Program-made: the position numbers and the translations under genes | Notes under the pieces: generated by a model | What the model saw: only the letters and a program-made list of their open reading frames with translations | Database searches by the model: none | What the model was told of the DNA's origin: nothing | Shown here: positions 11,175-22,202 of the stretch, piece by piece | Numbering within the stretch: the first letter of the stretch is position 1 | Layout: each line of letters begins with the position of its first letter | DNA from: Bdellovibrionales bacterium | GTDB taxonomy: Bacteria; Bdellovibrionota; Bdellovibrionia; Bdellovibrionales; JAUICD01 | Direction of reading: 5' to 3' | NCBI GenBank assembly: GCA_965262715.1 | Contig: OZ253553.1 | Span: forward strand, 96,001 to 160,000 | Length of the DNA: 64,000 nucleotides

Positions 11175-11329
11175 ATTTTATGCACTTTCTAAGCTAAAAA
11201 CTTCAAGAAAAAACATTCCAAAATAACTCAAAAAATAAAAGTAAGGTGCTGTTTAACGCTTCCATTTTAATAGATGTTTGCTATTTAAGTAAGTCTTTTT
11301 TGCTGTCTGAACATTTTTTTGTTACCAGT

Positions 11330-11746
11330 TATTTTTGATCTGATGTCTTCATTATTCCTATATTGCCATCTTTAATGATGGGATGACCATCAGCGTCTAC
11401 TTTAGGAATTAGACCTGAATACATCATATGTTCATAATTTTAAGATTGTTTTTGATAGTAGCAGTCACCAAGATGATTTAACTTGTATAGTTCTGCTAAG
11501 CCTTCTTCAATGCTGAGAATCTCTTTAGTTTTTTGTTTCTTGCTGTGTTGAATCATCTTTTTTTGTCTTATCTTCTACCTTATCTGTAGCCATATCTCTT
11601 TCTATTTGATTGACTCTATCCTCGTTTTTTTCTTCCACTTTTTCTATTTCACCTTTTATCGTCTCTAAGGCATTTAAGCTATTTTGATATTGAGCTTCAG
11701 CTAAGGTGGCAAATAAAAAACAAACTAATAAAAAAATAATTTTCAT
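11330..11746 (-). pseudogene. Secreted hypothetical protein, frameshifted and with nonsense codons
   Basis: The signal-peptide ORF 11746-11525 ends just after an A6 run. The shifted frame continues KEILSIEEGLAELYKLNHLGDCYYQKQS*NYEHMMYSGLIPKVDADGHP... Confidence 0.5.
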
Positions 11747-12052
11747 GATAACTTCCTTAATTTATTCTTTGTTAGAAACCTAATTACATTATATCAAACT
11801 TTTGGTTCATGACAAGCTTAATAGGAAGCTATTTACTGTTTAAGTGACATCTAGTACTAAAGTGGCATTGCTTTCATTTGGACATTGCTATTAGTTCATT
11901 AATCTTGTTGATTTTCTATGATTGTTTCAAAAAACCCCTTCAGATTAAAAGTATCTAGAGATTTTTACTTTTCTATTCTGCAATCCATATCATTTGTCTT
12001 AATTAAAAAAACTATGTATATATTTTATAGAACTGATTAGGAATAAAACAAG

Positions 12053-12454
12053 ATGGGTTTGAAATTGAATTTAAGAATTATTGATGGAAGTTATTCTATT
12101 TGTAGATTAGATGCTTCATCTAAGATACCTGATTGGGCTTTGAAAGGTGATTTCTACTCAATGGTAAAAACTAAAGACGAACTATCAATCGTCTGTGAAT
12201 CTAAAAATGTACCTACTGTTAAAAGCAGTACTGCTAAAATAGAAGAAGAAAAGAAATGGGGTCTAATAAAAATTGAAGGTCCTCTAGATCTTAATTTGAC
12301 CGGGGTTTCAGCATCATTACTAACTCCACTTGCAAAAGGGAAAGTAAATATTTTTGCAGTTTCAACTTATGACACTGATTACTTATTAGTAAAGATAGAA
12401 AAACTACAGGTTGCAAAACAAATTTTAGAAAAATCGGGCTTTAATTTTGTTTGA
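12053..12454 (+). CDS. ACT domain protein (ACT_7/CASTOR-like)
   Basis: SMVKTKDELSIVC, GPLDLNLTGV, IFAVSTYDTDYLLVK. Confidence 0.88.
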   Translation: MGLKLNLRIIDGSYSICRLDASSKIPDWALKGDFYSMVKTKDELSIVCESKNVPTVKSSTAKIEEEKKWGLIKIEGPLDLNLTGVSASLLTPLAKGKVNIFAVSTYDTDYLLVKIEKLQVAKQILEKSGFNFV

Positions 12455-12593
12455 TTAAAAAATTGATTTGAATAAAATTTTTAGTTGTATCCATAGTTTC
12501 ACAGATTAAGTAAGACAGTGATACAACTTTTTTTACCTTATTTATCTTATACTTTTTTATTATTTAAATTGGGCTATATATTGCCATTTTCCT

Positions 12594-13052
12594 TTATTCT
12601 AAAGCCGTACCCCACTGGCGTGCCAGTTCAACAGCTTGCCTTCTTCTATCTATGAAACGATTTAAGGCTCTACGATTTATGTCTACCTGTCTCGCAGCTT
12701 CATTTATTCCCACACGATCTGCAAAATCAGTTACCCCAACTATATAAGTTGGAGAAAGAAATGCAACAGAGCCACTTTTTACTTTATTCCCATTTTTTTC
12801 TGCCAACATTCTTTCATGTTGATAAATCCAATGAAGGACTTTTGGATAAGGAATTTCTAAACTTTCGACAACTTTTGTAACTTCTTCTTCATAAGAAAGC
12901 TTAACAACGGCATCTATATCTTCTTGAGAATAAGAATCCAAAGTATCACCACAACTATTTAATGAAGTTAAAGGACTTGCTATTAAGTGGATTGATGGAA
13001 TTGACAAACTTAAAATAAATATGGATAAAAATATGGATATTAAAACCTTCAT
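12594..13052 (-). CDS. Secreted protein with two HTH-like repeats
   Basis: The true start is probably the ATG at 13052 after AAAGGAG. Signal peptide, then YSQEDIDAVVKL...VVESLEIPYPKVLHWI and GINEAARQVDINRRALNRFI. Confidence 0.6.
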   Translation of the reverse strand: MKVLISIFLSIFILSLSIPSIHLIASPLTSLNSCGDTLDSYSQEDIDAVVKLSYEEEVTKVVESLEIPYPKVLHWIYQHERMLAEKNGNKVKSGSVAFLSPTYIVGVTDFADRVGINEAARQVDINRRALNRFIDRRRQAVELARQWGTALE

Positions 13053-13117
13053 AAAAAGACAGGCTCCTTTATTGTGATAGAGATGGTATAAAGTACTAGT
13101 CTCTATGTCAAATGAAA

Positions 13118-13696
13118 TCAATAATAGTAGCGAAGGCCTCCTAATTCTTCTAAGAGATCATCACCATCCTTAATCAGCATTTCTGCAATATCATGATGAC
13201 CATTTGCACTAGCATGTGCTGAAGCTGTTATACCATTTTTATCTTTTCTATCTGTAAGAGCAAGTACACGGACTAGATTAATAACATCTGCTTTATGGCC
13301 ATTTTTAGCTGCATGCATTAAAGCCGTCATACCGTTAGAATCAGTTTCATTTACGTAAAATGTAAATATAATTTGTACTCCGACCACATCTAAAGGCAGC
13401 TTGAAAGCATGTCTTCTCGCAAGCCTTAATACAGAATTGACATAACCACTTTGAGCGACTTGTATTAAATCTGTTTCATCTTGTTTACCTGTAAATTCTA
13501 TGCCATTACGTTGTGCTTTTAGTTTTTCAAAGGCTAATTGTATTGATTCTTTTATTGATTTATTTCTACTTATAGATGTTGTTAAAGCTATATGACATCG
13601 TTTGATTATATCGAATATACCTCCATTTGCAACAGAAGCTCCAAAGGTTAGGCTCGTACAAAGAGTAACGACCAAGAAAAAATTCAGATATTTCAT
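13118..13696 (-). CDS. Secreted ankyrin-repeat protein
   Basis: Signal peptide; DSNGMTALMHAAKNGH, DKNGITASAHASANGHHDIAEML. Confidence 0.85.
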   Translation of the reverse strand: MKYLNFFLVVTLCTSLTFGASVANGGIFDIIKRCHIALTTSISRNKSIKESIQLAFEKLKAQRNGIEFTGKQDETDLIQVAQSGYVNSVLRLARRHAFKLPLDVVGVQIIFTFYVNETDSNGMTALMHAAKNGHKADVINLVRVLALTDRKDKNGITASAHASANGHHDIAEMLIKDGDDLLEELGGLRYYY

Positions 13697-14084
13697 AACT
13701 TACCTTCTTTGTTAAGTTTGTTAAGGATTGAATATAATTGGATATAGAATAAAGATTAAAAAAATCAAATCAATTCACTTCTTAATAGAAATTCCTCATC
13801 AGAAGTATACAAACTTTAACTCATTAAAGTTGAATATTACACAATTCATCTTAAAAACTATTGTATTGCGTAAACTACTCTATAAGATATATAGCGATGT
13901 GTTATTTGTGAAATCAATGAGAATTATGTATAAGGTTTTATAAAGCTTTTAATACTTGATAATTTAGATATTTTATTTACCTCTTTTTCTAACTTGGTGT
14001 GTTATCTTGTGTTACCTCGCATTACGTCAGAATAAAATACAAGATCTATTTGTGAGTTTTTTATGCTTATGCTATATCTCCTGA

Positions 14085-15030
14085 ATGCGATTTTTCTTTA
14101 AGCCTTTTTTAATAACTCTTATTTGTATTTTACCCTATAAAGCCAAAAGCTATACAGAGGGTTTTAACCCAGAGGCTTGTAAAGAGGCTTTATTGAGGGG
14201 TAGAAGTGATTTTTTACTAGAAGTATTCAAGGCTATAGAGCCAGATGAGTTAGAGCATTTCTTAAAAGAACAAAACTATCAGGAAAAAATGCAATGGGAT
14301 TTACAAAATAATGTCGAAGTTTTCTTTTATTATGCAATCATCTTAGGTAAACCAGAGTCCATTCAAACTCTTGTGTCTGAATTAAAGCTTGATGTGAATA
14401 TAAGAGATTCAGAAGGTAGGACACCCCTGCATTATGCTGCCTTAAACAAAGATCCATTATCCCGGTTGGATACTATTTATGCTTTAATTAAGTTAGGGGT
14501 TAATCCAGAAACCACAGACCACTTAGGTAATCCTCCGTATTTTTATGTAGAGAAAGGAAAGAGACCGTTATATCCTAAAGAGCAAAGATTAAAAGGTGCA
14601 GAGTTAGCTTTACCCCCTTATGATATTATAGGTTGGCCTTATTTACTTGGATTATTTCAAACAAGTTCAAACTCTCTAAAAAGATGGATTAAAGAGTATA
14701 GAGAAGAAAATAATATGCCGGTAGAAAATAGCTTACCTTTACCCTAGAACTGTTAGAGCAATTGAGATATTTAACCAAGGAGTAACTGTTCCAAAGATTG
14801 CTAGGAGACTTGATATACCCCAATGGAGGGTCTTAGAATTGGTTGACCCAGAGGGTGCAAATAATAGTCAAGGTGACAAAGACTTAGCCCATGTTTATCG
14901 TAGTCCAAATTTAAAAGAGGCTGTCAGGAAAGTCTTAGAGGAAGGTATGTCTGTTCAAGAAGCGGCTGAAGGCCAATTTTTTTCTGAAGAACTTTTAGAA
15001 GTGAGAGTGAGAGAAGCTCGATATCGATAA
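14085..15030 (+). pseudogene. Secreted ankyrin + tandem HTH protein split by a +1 frameshift near 14724-14744
   Basis: ORF 14085-14747 has a signal peptide and DSEGRTPLHYAA. The +1 frame continues PRTVRAIEIFNQGVTVPKIARRLDIPQWRVLELVDPEG and joins ORF 14839-15030. Confidence 0.7.
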
Positions 15031-15057
15031 ACTTCAAAGATCAAAAAAAGAAAAATG

Positions 15058-15144
15058 AGTTGTGAAAAGCTTAAAATCTGGAAATGAAAGCTTATTTCTT
15101 TAAAGATTGTTTCGCTAAAGAAGAAGCCTATGATGGGAGTTATT
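15058..15144 (+). repeat. 87-bp direct repeat, left flank of IS1634-family element 1
   Basis: Identical to 17065-17151. Confidence 0.95.
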
Positions 15145-17064
15145 CCTGACTTCGACGGTTTATGTTCGGTATTGGTTTTGTAACATTGATGGTTATAGGA
15201 TTTTGGAGTAAGTTTTCGATGTAGTGCCTAGTAACACACCATGTCAGATTATTTTTATTTTTATTTTGACTTTTTTTTTAATAAGCATTAAATTATTTTT
15301 ATGTTTGTAAGAATCAAAAGCACACCAAACAGTCCAAGGCAGTCAGTTCAGATCGTTGATTCTATCCGTTATGGCAATAAAGTTCGCCAAAAGATCATCC
15401 GTCATGTCGGAGTGGCTCAAGATGAGGATGAGCTATTTCGTCTTCAAGAGCTTGGAGAATTCATCAAAGCTAAACTAACAAATGAAAATCAATTATCTTT
15501 TTTTGCTCCGGAAGAGATTTCTAAACAAGTGATTGAGTCCAAGTTTCGTCATTGCAATAAACCCTTAAAAGTAGATCTTAAGAAACTAAGGGAAGATCAA
15601 AGAGTCATTGTAGGTATTCATGAGGTTTATGGAGCTATGTACAAGGAATTAGGTTTAGATCGCATTTTACCAGTGAGTCGTTATCATTCATCACATTGGG
15701 TTTTATTTCATACAGTGATGGCTCGGATAGCTAATCCTCAAAGTAAAAGAGAGAGCAGTCGATTTTTAGAAGAGGATTTTGGAGTTCATATTTCGTTAGA
15801 GAAGATTTATCGCATGATGGATCGTTTAGATAGCAAAAGGATAGATAAGATAAAGAGACTGGCAGGTCAAGTGGCACAAAAGGTTTTTAAAGAGCCTTTG
15901 AAAGTTTTGTTTTTTGATTGTACGACACTGTATTTTGAATCAATTATTGAAGATGATTTAAGACAAAGAGGTTACAGTAAAGATGCTAAGTTTAAAGAAT
16001 CTCAAGTGTGTTTAGCAGTCGTTGTGACCAAAGAAGGTTTTCCTGTCAGTTACGAGACTTTCCCGGGTGCTATCTTCGAGGGTCATACCTTAAATCCAGT
16101 GATAAAAGAGATGAAGTCTAAATATAACTTAGAACAAGCTATTTATGTCGCTGATAGAGGAATGTTAAGTGAAGATAATTTAAAAGCACTAGAAGATGAG
16201 AATCTTCATTATATTGTAGGAGCTAAGCTTAAGAAATTACCAAAAGTAAAACAAGAGCTTGTATTAGATAAGTCAAAGTACAAAATTGTCAGTAAACAAG
16301 AAGGTTTCAAGATTCAATCATTAGAAGATAAAGATAATAAGAGGAAAGTGATAGTTTGTTATTCTTATAAGAGAGCGGAGAAAGATCGACATGATCGTCA
16401 ACAAACTATAGATAGTTTAGTTAAGAAACTCTCAAAGGCTCAAGATGTGAAGACTTTATTAAACAATTACGGTTATAAGAAGTATTTAAAAGTCACAGGC
16501 AAGAAACAAAAGCTTTCAGTCAATGAAAATCGAGTCAAAGAAGATCAAAAGTGGGATGGTTTGTTTGGAGTCATAACAAACCTCAAAGATATGGATGATT
16601 TAGACATTATTAGCCAATATAAGGGGTTATGGCAAGTCGAAGAAACATTCCGGATAGCTAAGCATGATTTAAAAATACGTCCTATATTTCACTGGACATC
16701 AGATCGGATCAAAGCACACATAGCCATTGCTTTTATCTGTTTAGTCTGTATAAGACACTTAGCTTACAGAATTAAGATACAATACCAATCCTGTTCACCG
16801 GAAGTTATACGAAATGCTTTAATCCATGTACAGCATAGTTTATTAGTAGATCAAACCAATAACAGAAAGTACTCTATACCTTCAAATATAAGTAAGGAAG
16901 CTCTGAAAATCTATCAGATTATGGGACTTAAGCACTCTACAACACCTTATCTTATTGAATAAAAATACACTTAATACATAACTAAAAATCAATTGTAGTG
17001 CCTATGATGTAATGTATCATCCAATGATCCCAGTAACTTATAAGTTTAAACCGTCGAAGTCAGG
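15145..17064 (+). mobile_element. IS1634 family insertion sequence (1920 bp)
   Basis: Perfect 18-bp terminal IR CCTGACTTCGACGGTTTA; 553-aa DDE transposase; 87-bp target duplication. Confidence 0.95.
15301..16962 (+). CDS. IS1634 family DDE transposase
   Basis: FFDCTTLYFE, GYSKD, VADRGM, LWQVEETFRIAKHDLKIRPIFHW. Confidence 0.95.
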   Translation: MFVRIKSTPNSPRQSVQIVDSIRYGNKVRQKIIRHVGVAQDEDELFRLQELGEFIKAKLTNENQLSFFAPEEISKQVIESKFRHCNKPLKVDLKKLREDQRVIVGIHEVYGAMYKELGLDRILPVSRYHSSHWVLFHTVMARIANPQSKRESSRFLEEDFGVHISLEKIYRMMDRLDSKRIDKIKRLAGQVAQKVFKEPLKVLFFDCTTLYFESIIEDDLRQRGYSKDAKFKESQVCLAVVVTKEGFPVSYETFPGAIFEGHTLNPVIKEMKSKYNLEQAIYVADRGMLSEDNLKALEDENLHYIVGAKLKKLPKVKQELVLDKSKYKIVSKQEGFKIQSLEDKDNKRKVIVCYSYKRAEKDRHDRQQTIDSLVKKLSKAQDVKTLLNNYGYKKYLKVTGKKQKLSVNENRVKEDQKWDGLFGVITNLKDMDDLDIISQYKGLWQVEETFRIAKHDLKIRPIFHWTSDRIKAHIAIAFICLVCIRHLAYRIKIQYQSCSPEVIRNALIHVQHSLLVDQTNNRKYSIPSNISKEALKIYQIMGLKHSTTPYLIE

Positions 17065-17151
17065 AGTTGTGAAAAGCTTAAAATCTGGAAATGAAAGCTT
17101 ATTTCTTTAAAGATTGTTTCGCTAAAGAAGAAGCCTATGATGGGAGTTATT
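17065..17151 (+). repeat. 87-bp direct repeat, right flank of IS1634-family element 1
   Basis: Identical to 15058-15144. Confidence 0.95.
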
Positions 17152-17192
17152 AAATCATTTGAACTTACGTCTTAAATAATCCCTTTAATATT

Positions 17193-18551
17193 CTAATTAG
17201 GAATTACCAGTCGTTTTCCTACATGAATTAAAGAACGGTTTTTGATAGAATTAACAAAAGCTATCTTGTGAATAGGTACTTGGTACCTTCTGGAGATATC
17301 AAATAGCGTTTCTCCTTTTTTTACAATATGTATAATTTTTTCATTTATTTTTTTTGATAAACTTGCTGTTTTACGGTTTGATCCTTGTCTTTGAGATTTG
17401 CGTTGAGGTATTCTTAATACCTGACCAGCTCTGATATGATAATCTGATCTTAAAGAATTCACACTTTTAATTTTTCTGGGTGTTGTCCTAAATCGTCTTG
17501 CAATGTGAGAGACTGTTTCTCCTCTTCTCACCTTATGGTATTTCTGATTGCGTGTAGAATGAATGCGCAGTCTTTTGTGACTGACATAACTTTTTGATAA
17601 AGCTGTCTGCAAATTATCTTCTTCATTTTGAACTGGCAGTTTAAGATATTGCTGCCTATCTGAAAAAACAGGCAGATAATGAGTTAAAGCACTTGGGTTA
17701 AGGCTTTTTAAAGTATCTCTTGAAATGCCACTGTGCTTAGCCATTAAGCTTAAATCTACAGGCTCATTAATAGGCACTTTTATGTACTCTAATTGAGGCT
17801 CATAAGTGATGTTTGTAAAACCATATTTTTCAGGATTTTTTGCGATCAAGCGCGCAGCTAAAAACTTAGGAACATAATTTGTTGTTTCAATAGGTAACTT
17901 ATGTTGATATGCTAGCTCCCAAAAATCTCTAGTTTGATTTTGCATAACAATACGTTTAATTTTATTTTCGCCGGCATTGTAAGCTGCCATACTTAAATAC
18001 CATGATCCAAATAAACTATAAAGACTTTTAAGATACTCTATTGCTGCAAGAGTTGAAAGCTCTGGATCCATACGTTCATCTACATACTGATTGATTTTCA
18101 AGTCGTATCGCAGCCCCGTTCCTTTAACAAATTGCCAAAAACCCATAGCAGCTGCATGACTTCTTGCCGTCCCACTAAATCCTGACTCAATAAAGACTAA
18201 GTAGATCAAATCTTCTGGCATTCCCTCTCTTTTTAGTAAAGAAGTCATAAGTTCTTGATATTTGCCCGACCGACTTAAATAGGTTTCCATGTATGTTCGG
18301 CCCCGACCTTGAAAGTAGTCTAGCCATTTTTGTACTGACATATTCATTGTTTCAGGTATGGGTTTAAAATTTAAGTCAGGGCTAGAAAGGGTATTCTGAT
18401 TAACTGAAGGTTTTTCTAAGTTTGAAACATCTGGTCCTTCTGGAAATAAATTTTCTACAAGTTTTTCAGGCGTGGTTTGACAACTAACCACTACAAAACA
18501 AGAAAGAACAAAAAATACGACCTTTATTATAGAAGCTCTAAAAAACGTCAT
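17193..18551 (-). CDS. mltD: Membrane-bound lytic murein transglycosylase D-like lipoprotein (SLT + LysM)
   Basis: Lipobox VVSC; IESGF, AMGFWQF, AAYNAGE, ETTNYVPK; two C-terminal LysM repeats. Confidence 0.88.
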   Translation of the reverse strand: MTFFRASIIKVVFFVLSCFVVVSCQTTPEKLVENLFPEGPDVSNLEKPSVNQNTLSSPDLNFKPIPETMNMSVQKWLDYFQGRGRTYMETYLSRSGKYQELMTSLLKREGMPEDLIYLVFIESGFSGTARSHAAAMGFWQFVKGTGLRYDLKINQYVDERMDPELSTLAAIEYLKSLYSLFGSWYLSMAAYNAGENKIKRIVMQNQTRDFWELAYQHKLPIETTNYVPKFLAARLIAKNPEKYGFTNITYEPQLEYIKVPINEPVDLSLMAKHSGISRDTLKSLNPSALTHYLPVFSDRQQYLKLPVQNEEDNLQTALSKSYVSHKRLRIHSTRNQKYHKVRRGETVSHIARRFRTTPRKIKSVNSLRSDYHIRAGQVLRIPQRKSQRQGSNRKTASLSKKINEKIIHIVKKGETLFDISRRYQVPIHKIAFVNSIKNRSLIHVGKRLVIPN

Positions 18552-19002
18552 TTAAATACCTCACTTTTTATAATATATTTATAATATGGCATCTAATTAT
18601 TGAAATAAACTTTAAATTTTTATTTACATCATCTAATGTATTTCATTTTCTTAATATAGTTTCCTCTACTATTATATATTATAACAACTTTTTATAGTAG
18701 ACTATTGTTTTAATTATATGTTTTAATTATAATACTCATTATTGGAATTTTAGTTTATTTGTTTCTTAATAATACACTTCGGATAGATATTAAAAAAAAT
18801 AACCCCCTTTAGTACGTAATTTTATTTTTACTACTTAAATATAGAACAATTCTCATCAGTTTTACCAACTAAAATCTTATTTAATTGATATACCTTCGTT
18901 GTGATCGCATAAACAGTGTATCAATCTCAATCATACTTGAGAACAAAAATAATGACTCTGTTTAAACCTATTAGGATATTTTTGCGAATGAAAGAATTGC
19001 TG

Positions 19003-19028
19003 TAAGAAATACCGCTAACATCCGATAG
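19003..19028 (+). promoter_or_regulatory. Putative sigma28 (FliA) promoter of the tad/hit operon
   Basis: TAAG-N14-TCCGATAG about 50 bp upstream of the start. Confidence 0.4.
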
Positions 19029-19079
19029 ACACCTATAAGAAGAATATATAAAATGTTTTATAAATAAAGAGGTTGGAAG

Positions 19080-21284
19080 TTGGCATTTCATCCAAAAAGT
19101 CACTTAATTGCTGTTGTTGGAGGTAAAGGAGGCGTTGGGAAAAGTGTTGTAGCTGCTAATTTAGCTGTCACTATCACAAAAGACTTACATAAAAAATCTC
19201 TGTTGATTGATGCAGATGCCTTATCTTGTGGTGATCAAAATGTCATTTTAGGGATCCGCCCTCAAAAAATACTTTCTGAACTTACAAAATTCACAGGACA
19301 AGTCAATGCTCAAACTGCCCCTTCTCTTGTAACAAAACATAGCTCAGGTATAAGTTATGTTGGAGCTGTAAGGTTTCCAGAGGAAACACTTAAAGTTGAC
19401 CAAGGGTTGGTGGAAAGACCTTTAAACGCACTGAGTCATTTATTCCCATATACTGTTGTAGATTTAGGTTCTACAATGACATCACTTCAACAAGAGATAT
19501 TGCAAATGGCCAGCATTATATTGGTAGTCACTTCTCCAGAGATGTTAGCTGTCAACCAAACTTCTCGCTTGATTAGCGATTTTACAGCAGCTTCTATACC
19601 TGGAGATTTGATTTATGTTGTGGTCAACAAGATTTCTTCTACAGGATTTCTGCCTCCTCAATCTATTCAGAAGATATTAAAAACTCCTATTATAGGTACG
19701 CTAATTCAAGATGATAAACTAGCTTTTGCGGCTCTACAGAGAGGGATTCCTTTTGTAAGCCTGCAACCTACAGCCAATATCACTGCGTCTTATCATGAGA
19801 TAGTTCGTCGGGTTACAGGTGGTGGATTATTAGATAAGCTCAAAAATATATCAAAGCCAAGTAACATTTCTTTAAATGCCAGAGCAGTAAAAGCAGATGT
19901 TGCTATTAAAGGGGCAGCCTCTTCTGATGTGATGCAAGGAGGAAGTAATAAGCCTATAAGCCGCAGAAACCTTCTCAAGTTAAGTATTCATAGAGAACTT
20001 ATACAGGCCATGGATTTAAGAAAAGGCGAAGCAGATACTAAAGGAGATGCTGAGAAAGAAAAAGCCTTAAGAAATAAAACGCAAGCCATGATTTCAAAAA
20101 TTATAGATAAGGAGCATAAAAACACTTCACGTGGTGAAAGAAATATTCTTATAAAAGAGGTATTAGATGAAGCTCTTGGGCTGGGTGCCTTAGAAGAGCT
20201 CCTTGCAAATGATGATATCAGTGAAATCATGGTTAATGGACATGATCAAATATTTATAGAAAATAAAGGAAAACTTTCTTTAAGTAAAGTGACCTTCACC
20301 TCCAATTTTTATCTTAAAAAAGTTATAGAAAGAATTGTAACTCCTCTCGGTCGAAGAATCGACGAAACCTCTCCATATGTTGATGCTAGATTAAAAGATG
20401 GTAGTCGAGTCAATGCAATAATAGAACCTATTGCCATTGATGGACCTTCTATCACAATAAGAAAATTTTCTAAAAAACCATTTACCATCAACAATTATTT
20501 GCAATACAAATCTATCACAGAACCCATGATCAATTTTTTAAAAATCTGTGTTGAAAATGGAATGAATGTATTGATCTCTGGAGGTACAGGATCTGGTAAG
20601 ACCACTCTTCTTAACTCCTTATCTGGTTTTATTCCTGCAACAGAAAGAATTGTAACCATTGAAGATGCTGCTGAACTGCAACTGAAACAAGAACACGTGG
20701 TTCGTCTTGAGACAAGACCTGCTAACTTAGAAGGAACAGGCTCTGTAACTATTAGAGATTTAGTCAAAAACAGCTTAAGAATGCGCCCAGACCGTATCAT
20801 TGTGGGAGAATGTCGTGGAGGTGAAGCTTTAGACATGCTTCAAGCAATGAATACAGGACATGATGGTTCTATGACCACAGTACATGCTAATAATCCTACA
20901 GAAGCTATAGGACGTGTAGAAACTCTGTGTTTAATGTCGGGCATGGATCTTCCAGCAACAGCCATTCGAAAACAAATTGCCAGTGCAGTTCATCTTATTG
21001 TGCAAATATCCCGATTATCTGATGGCAGTCGAAAAATCAAAAGTATTACTGAAGTGGTAGGTATGTCAGGAGAAAATGTCACATTAACAGAAATTTTCCG
21101 ATTTAAAGAGGAAGGTTTCGATAAAAATAGAAAAATCATAGGTGTATTTCAACCTCTAGGAAGAATTCCTACATTTATCGAGGAATTTGAAAAACGTGGT
21201 ATCAAAATACCACGTACTCTTTTTACTGGAGGTTCCAATCAAAAAAGCTCAACACCTACTACTACTAACAAAAGGGCAAGTTAA
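19080..21284 (+). CDS. tadA: Tad pilus assembly ATPase, CpaE/MinD-like domain fused to CpaF/TadA
   Basis: N-terminal GGKGGVGKS deviant Walker A; C-terminal GGTGSGKTT, LRMRPDRIIVGECRG, AMNTGHDGS. Confidence 0.92.
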   Translation: MAFHPKSHLIAVVGGKGGVGKSVVAANLAVTITKDLHKKSLLIDADALSCGDQNVILGIRPQKILSELTKFTGQVNAQTAPSLVTKHSSGISYVGAVRFPEETLKVDQGLVERPLNALSHLFPYTVVDLGSTMTSLQQEILQMASIILVVTSPEMLAVNQTSRLISDFTAASIPGDLIYVVVNKISSTGFLPPQSIQKILKTPIIGTLIQDDKLAFAALQRGIPFVSLQPTANITASYHEIVRRVTGGGLLDKLKNISKPSNISLNARAVKADVAIKGAASSDVMQGGSNKPISRRNLLKLSIHRELIQAMDLRKGEADTKGDAEKEKALRNKTQAMISKIIDKEHKNTSRGERNILIKEVLDEALGLGALEELLANDDISEIMVNGHDQIFIENKGKLSLSKVTFTSNFYLKKVIERIVTPLGRRIDETSPYVDARLKDGSRVNAIIEPIAIDGPSITIRKFSKKPFTINNYLQYKSITEPMINFLKICVENGMNVLISGGTGSGKTTLLNSLSGFIPATERIVTIEDAAELQLKQEHVVRLETRPANLEGTGSVTIRDLVKNSLRMRPDRIIVGECRGGEALDMLQAMNTGHDGSMTTVHANNPTEAIGRVETLCLMSGMDLPATAIRKQIASAVHLIVQISRLSDGSRKIKSITEVVGMSGENVTLTEIFRFKEEGFDKNRKIIGVFQPLGRIPTFIEEFEKRGIKIPRTLFTGGSNQKSSTPTTTNKRAS

Positions 21285-21286
21285 AG

Positions 21287-22162
21287 ATGTTCATACTAAT
21301 GGAACCCATTATTTTTTACCCCATTATAGGAGCACTTAGCGCTTTTGCCTCTTATGCTTACTGGGACAGGATTGTAGTATGGTTTCATGACAAAAGTCTA
21401 GGGAACAGACAGTTCGTTTTAGAAAAATTAGAAACTATGTTCGTTGAAACAGATTCTAAAAAAGTGACATTAACAATGATTACTATCAGTTTTGGCCCAG
21501 GATTTTTAATTTTTTTCATTTTGTTGCCGAACCTTATATTGGGGATGATTTTTGGCGGTATTGTAACGATCTTAGGGTGGCAAGTTCCTAAGTATGTCAT
21601 ACAATACCTCTTTAAAAAAAGATCAGCTCTTTTTGTAACCCAAATGGTAGATGGTTTAACTCTTTTAGCAAATGGTGTAAGAAGTGGACTGACTGTTCCA
21701 CAATCAATGGAACGTGTTGTAGAAAACTTACCTGCTCCTATTAACCAAGAGTTTGGATTGGTTTTATCGCAGATGAGATTAGGTTTGAGTTTAGAAGAAG
21801 CCTTGAACAATTTGGGAGAAAGAATTCCTATGCCTGATGTTCAAATGTTTGTAACAACGGTGAATATTTTAAAAGAAACAGGTGGAGATATGTCAGAGAC
21901 ATTTTCTATTATTGTAGAGACAATCCGTGAACGACAAAAAGTTCAAAAGAAGATTGAAGCACTTACTGCACAAGGACTTATGCAAGGAATAATTATGTCA
22001 TTGGTTCCATTTGTTTTAATGGTAGGATTTCTTATTTTTGATCGAGATTACGTAATGCCTATGTTTTCAACAACCCTTGGTCTTATTATGCTTTTTATTA
22101 TGCTGATACTGCAAGTTATTGGAGGAGTTGTTATAAAAAGAGTTGTAACTATTAAAGTATAA
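21287..22162 (+). CDS. tadB: Tad pilus assembly protein TadB (T2SS F family)
   Basis: Follows tadA; LLANGVRSG, ETGGDMSE, ALTAQG; TM helices. Confidence 0.9.
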   Translation: MFILMEPIIFYPIIGALSAFASYAYWDRIVVWFHDKSLGNRQFVLEKLETMFVETDSKKVTLTMITISFGPGFLIFFILLPNLILGMIFGGIVTILGWQVPKYVIQYLFKKRSALFVTQMVDGLTLLANGVRSGLTVPQSMERVVENLPAPINQEFGLVLSQMRLGLSLEEALNNLGERIPMPDVQMFVTTVNILKETGGDMSETFSIIVETIRERQKVQKKIEALTAQGLMQGIIMSLVPFVLMVGFLIFDRDYVMPMFSTTLGLIMLFIMLILQVIGGVVIKRVVTIKV

Positions 22163-22202
22163 AAAATTTTTTGTTTATTTAAGGATTGTACTTAATAAAA
22201 AG

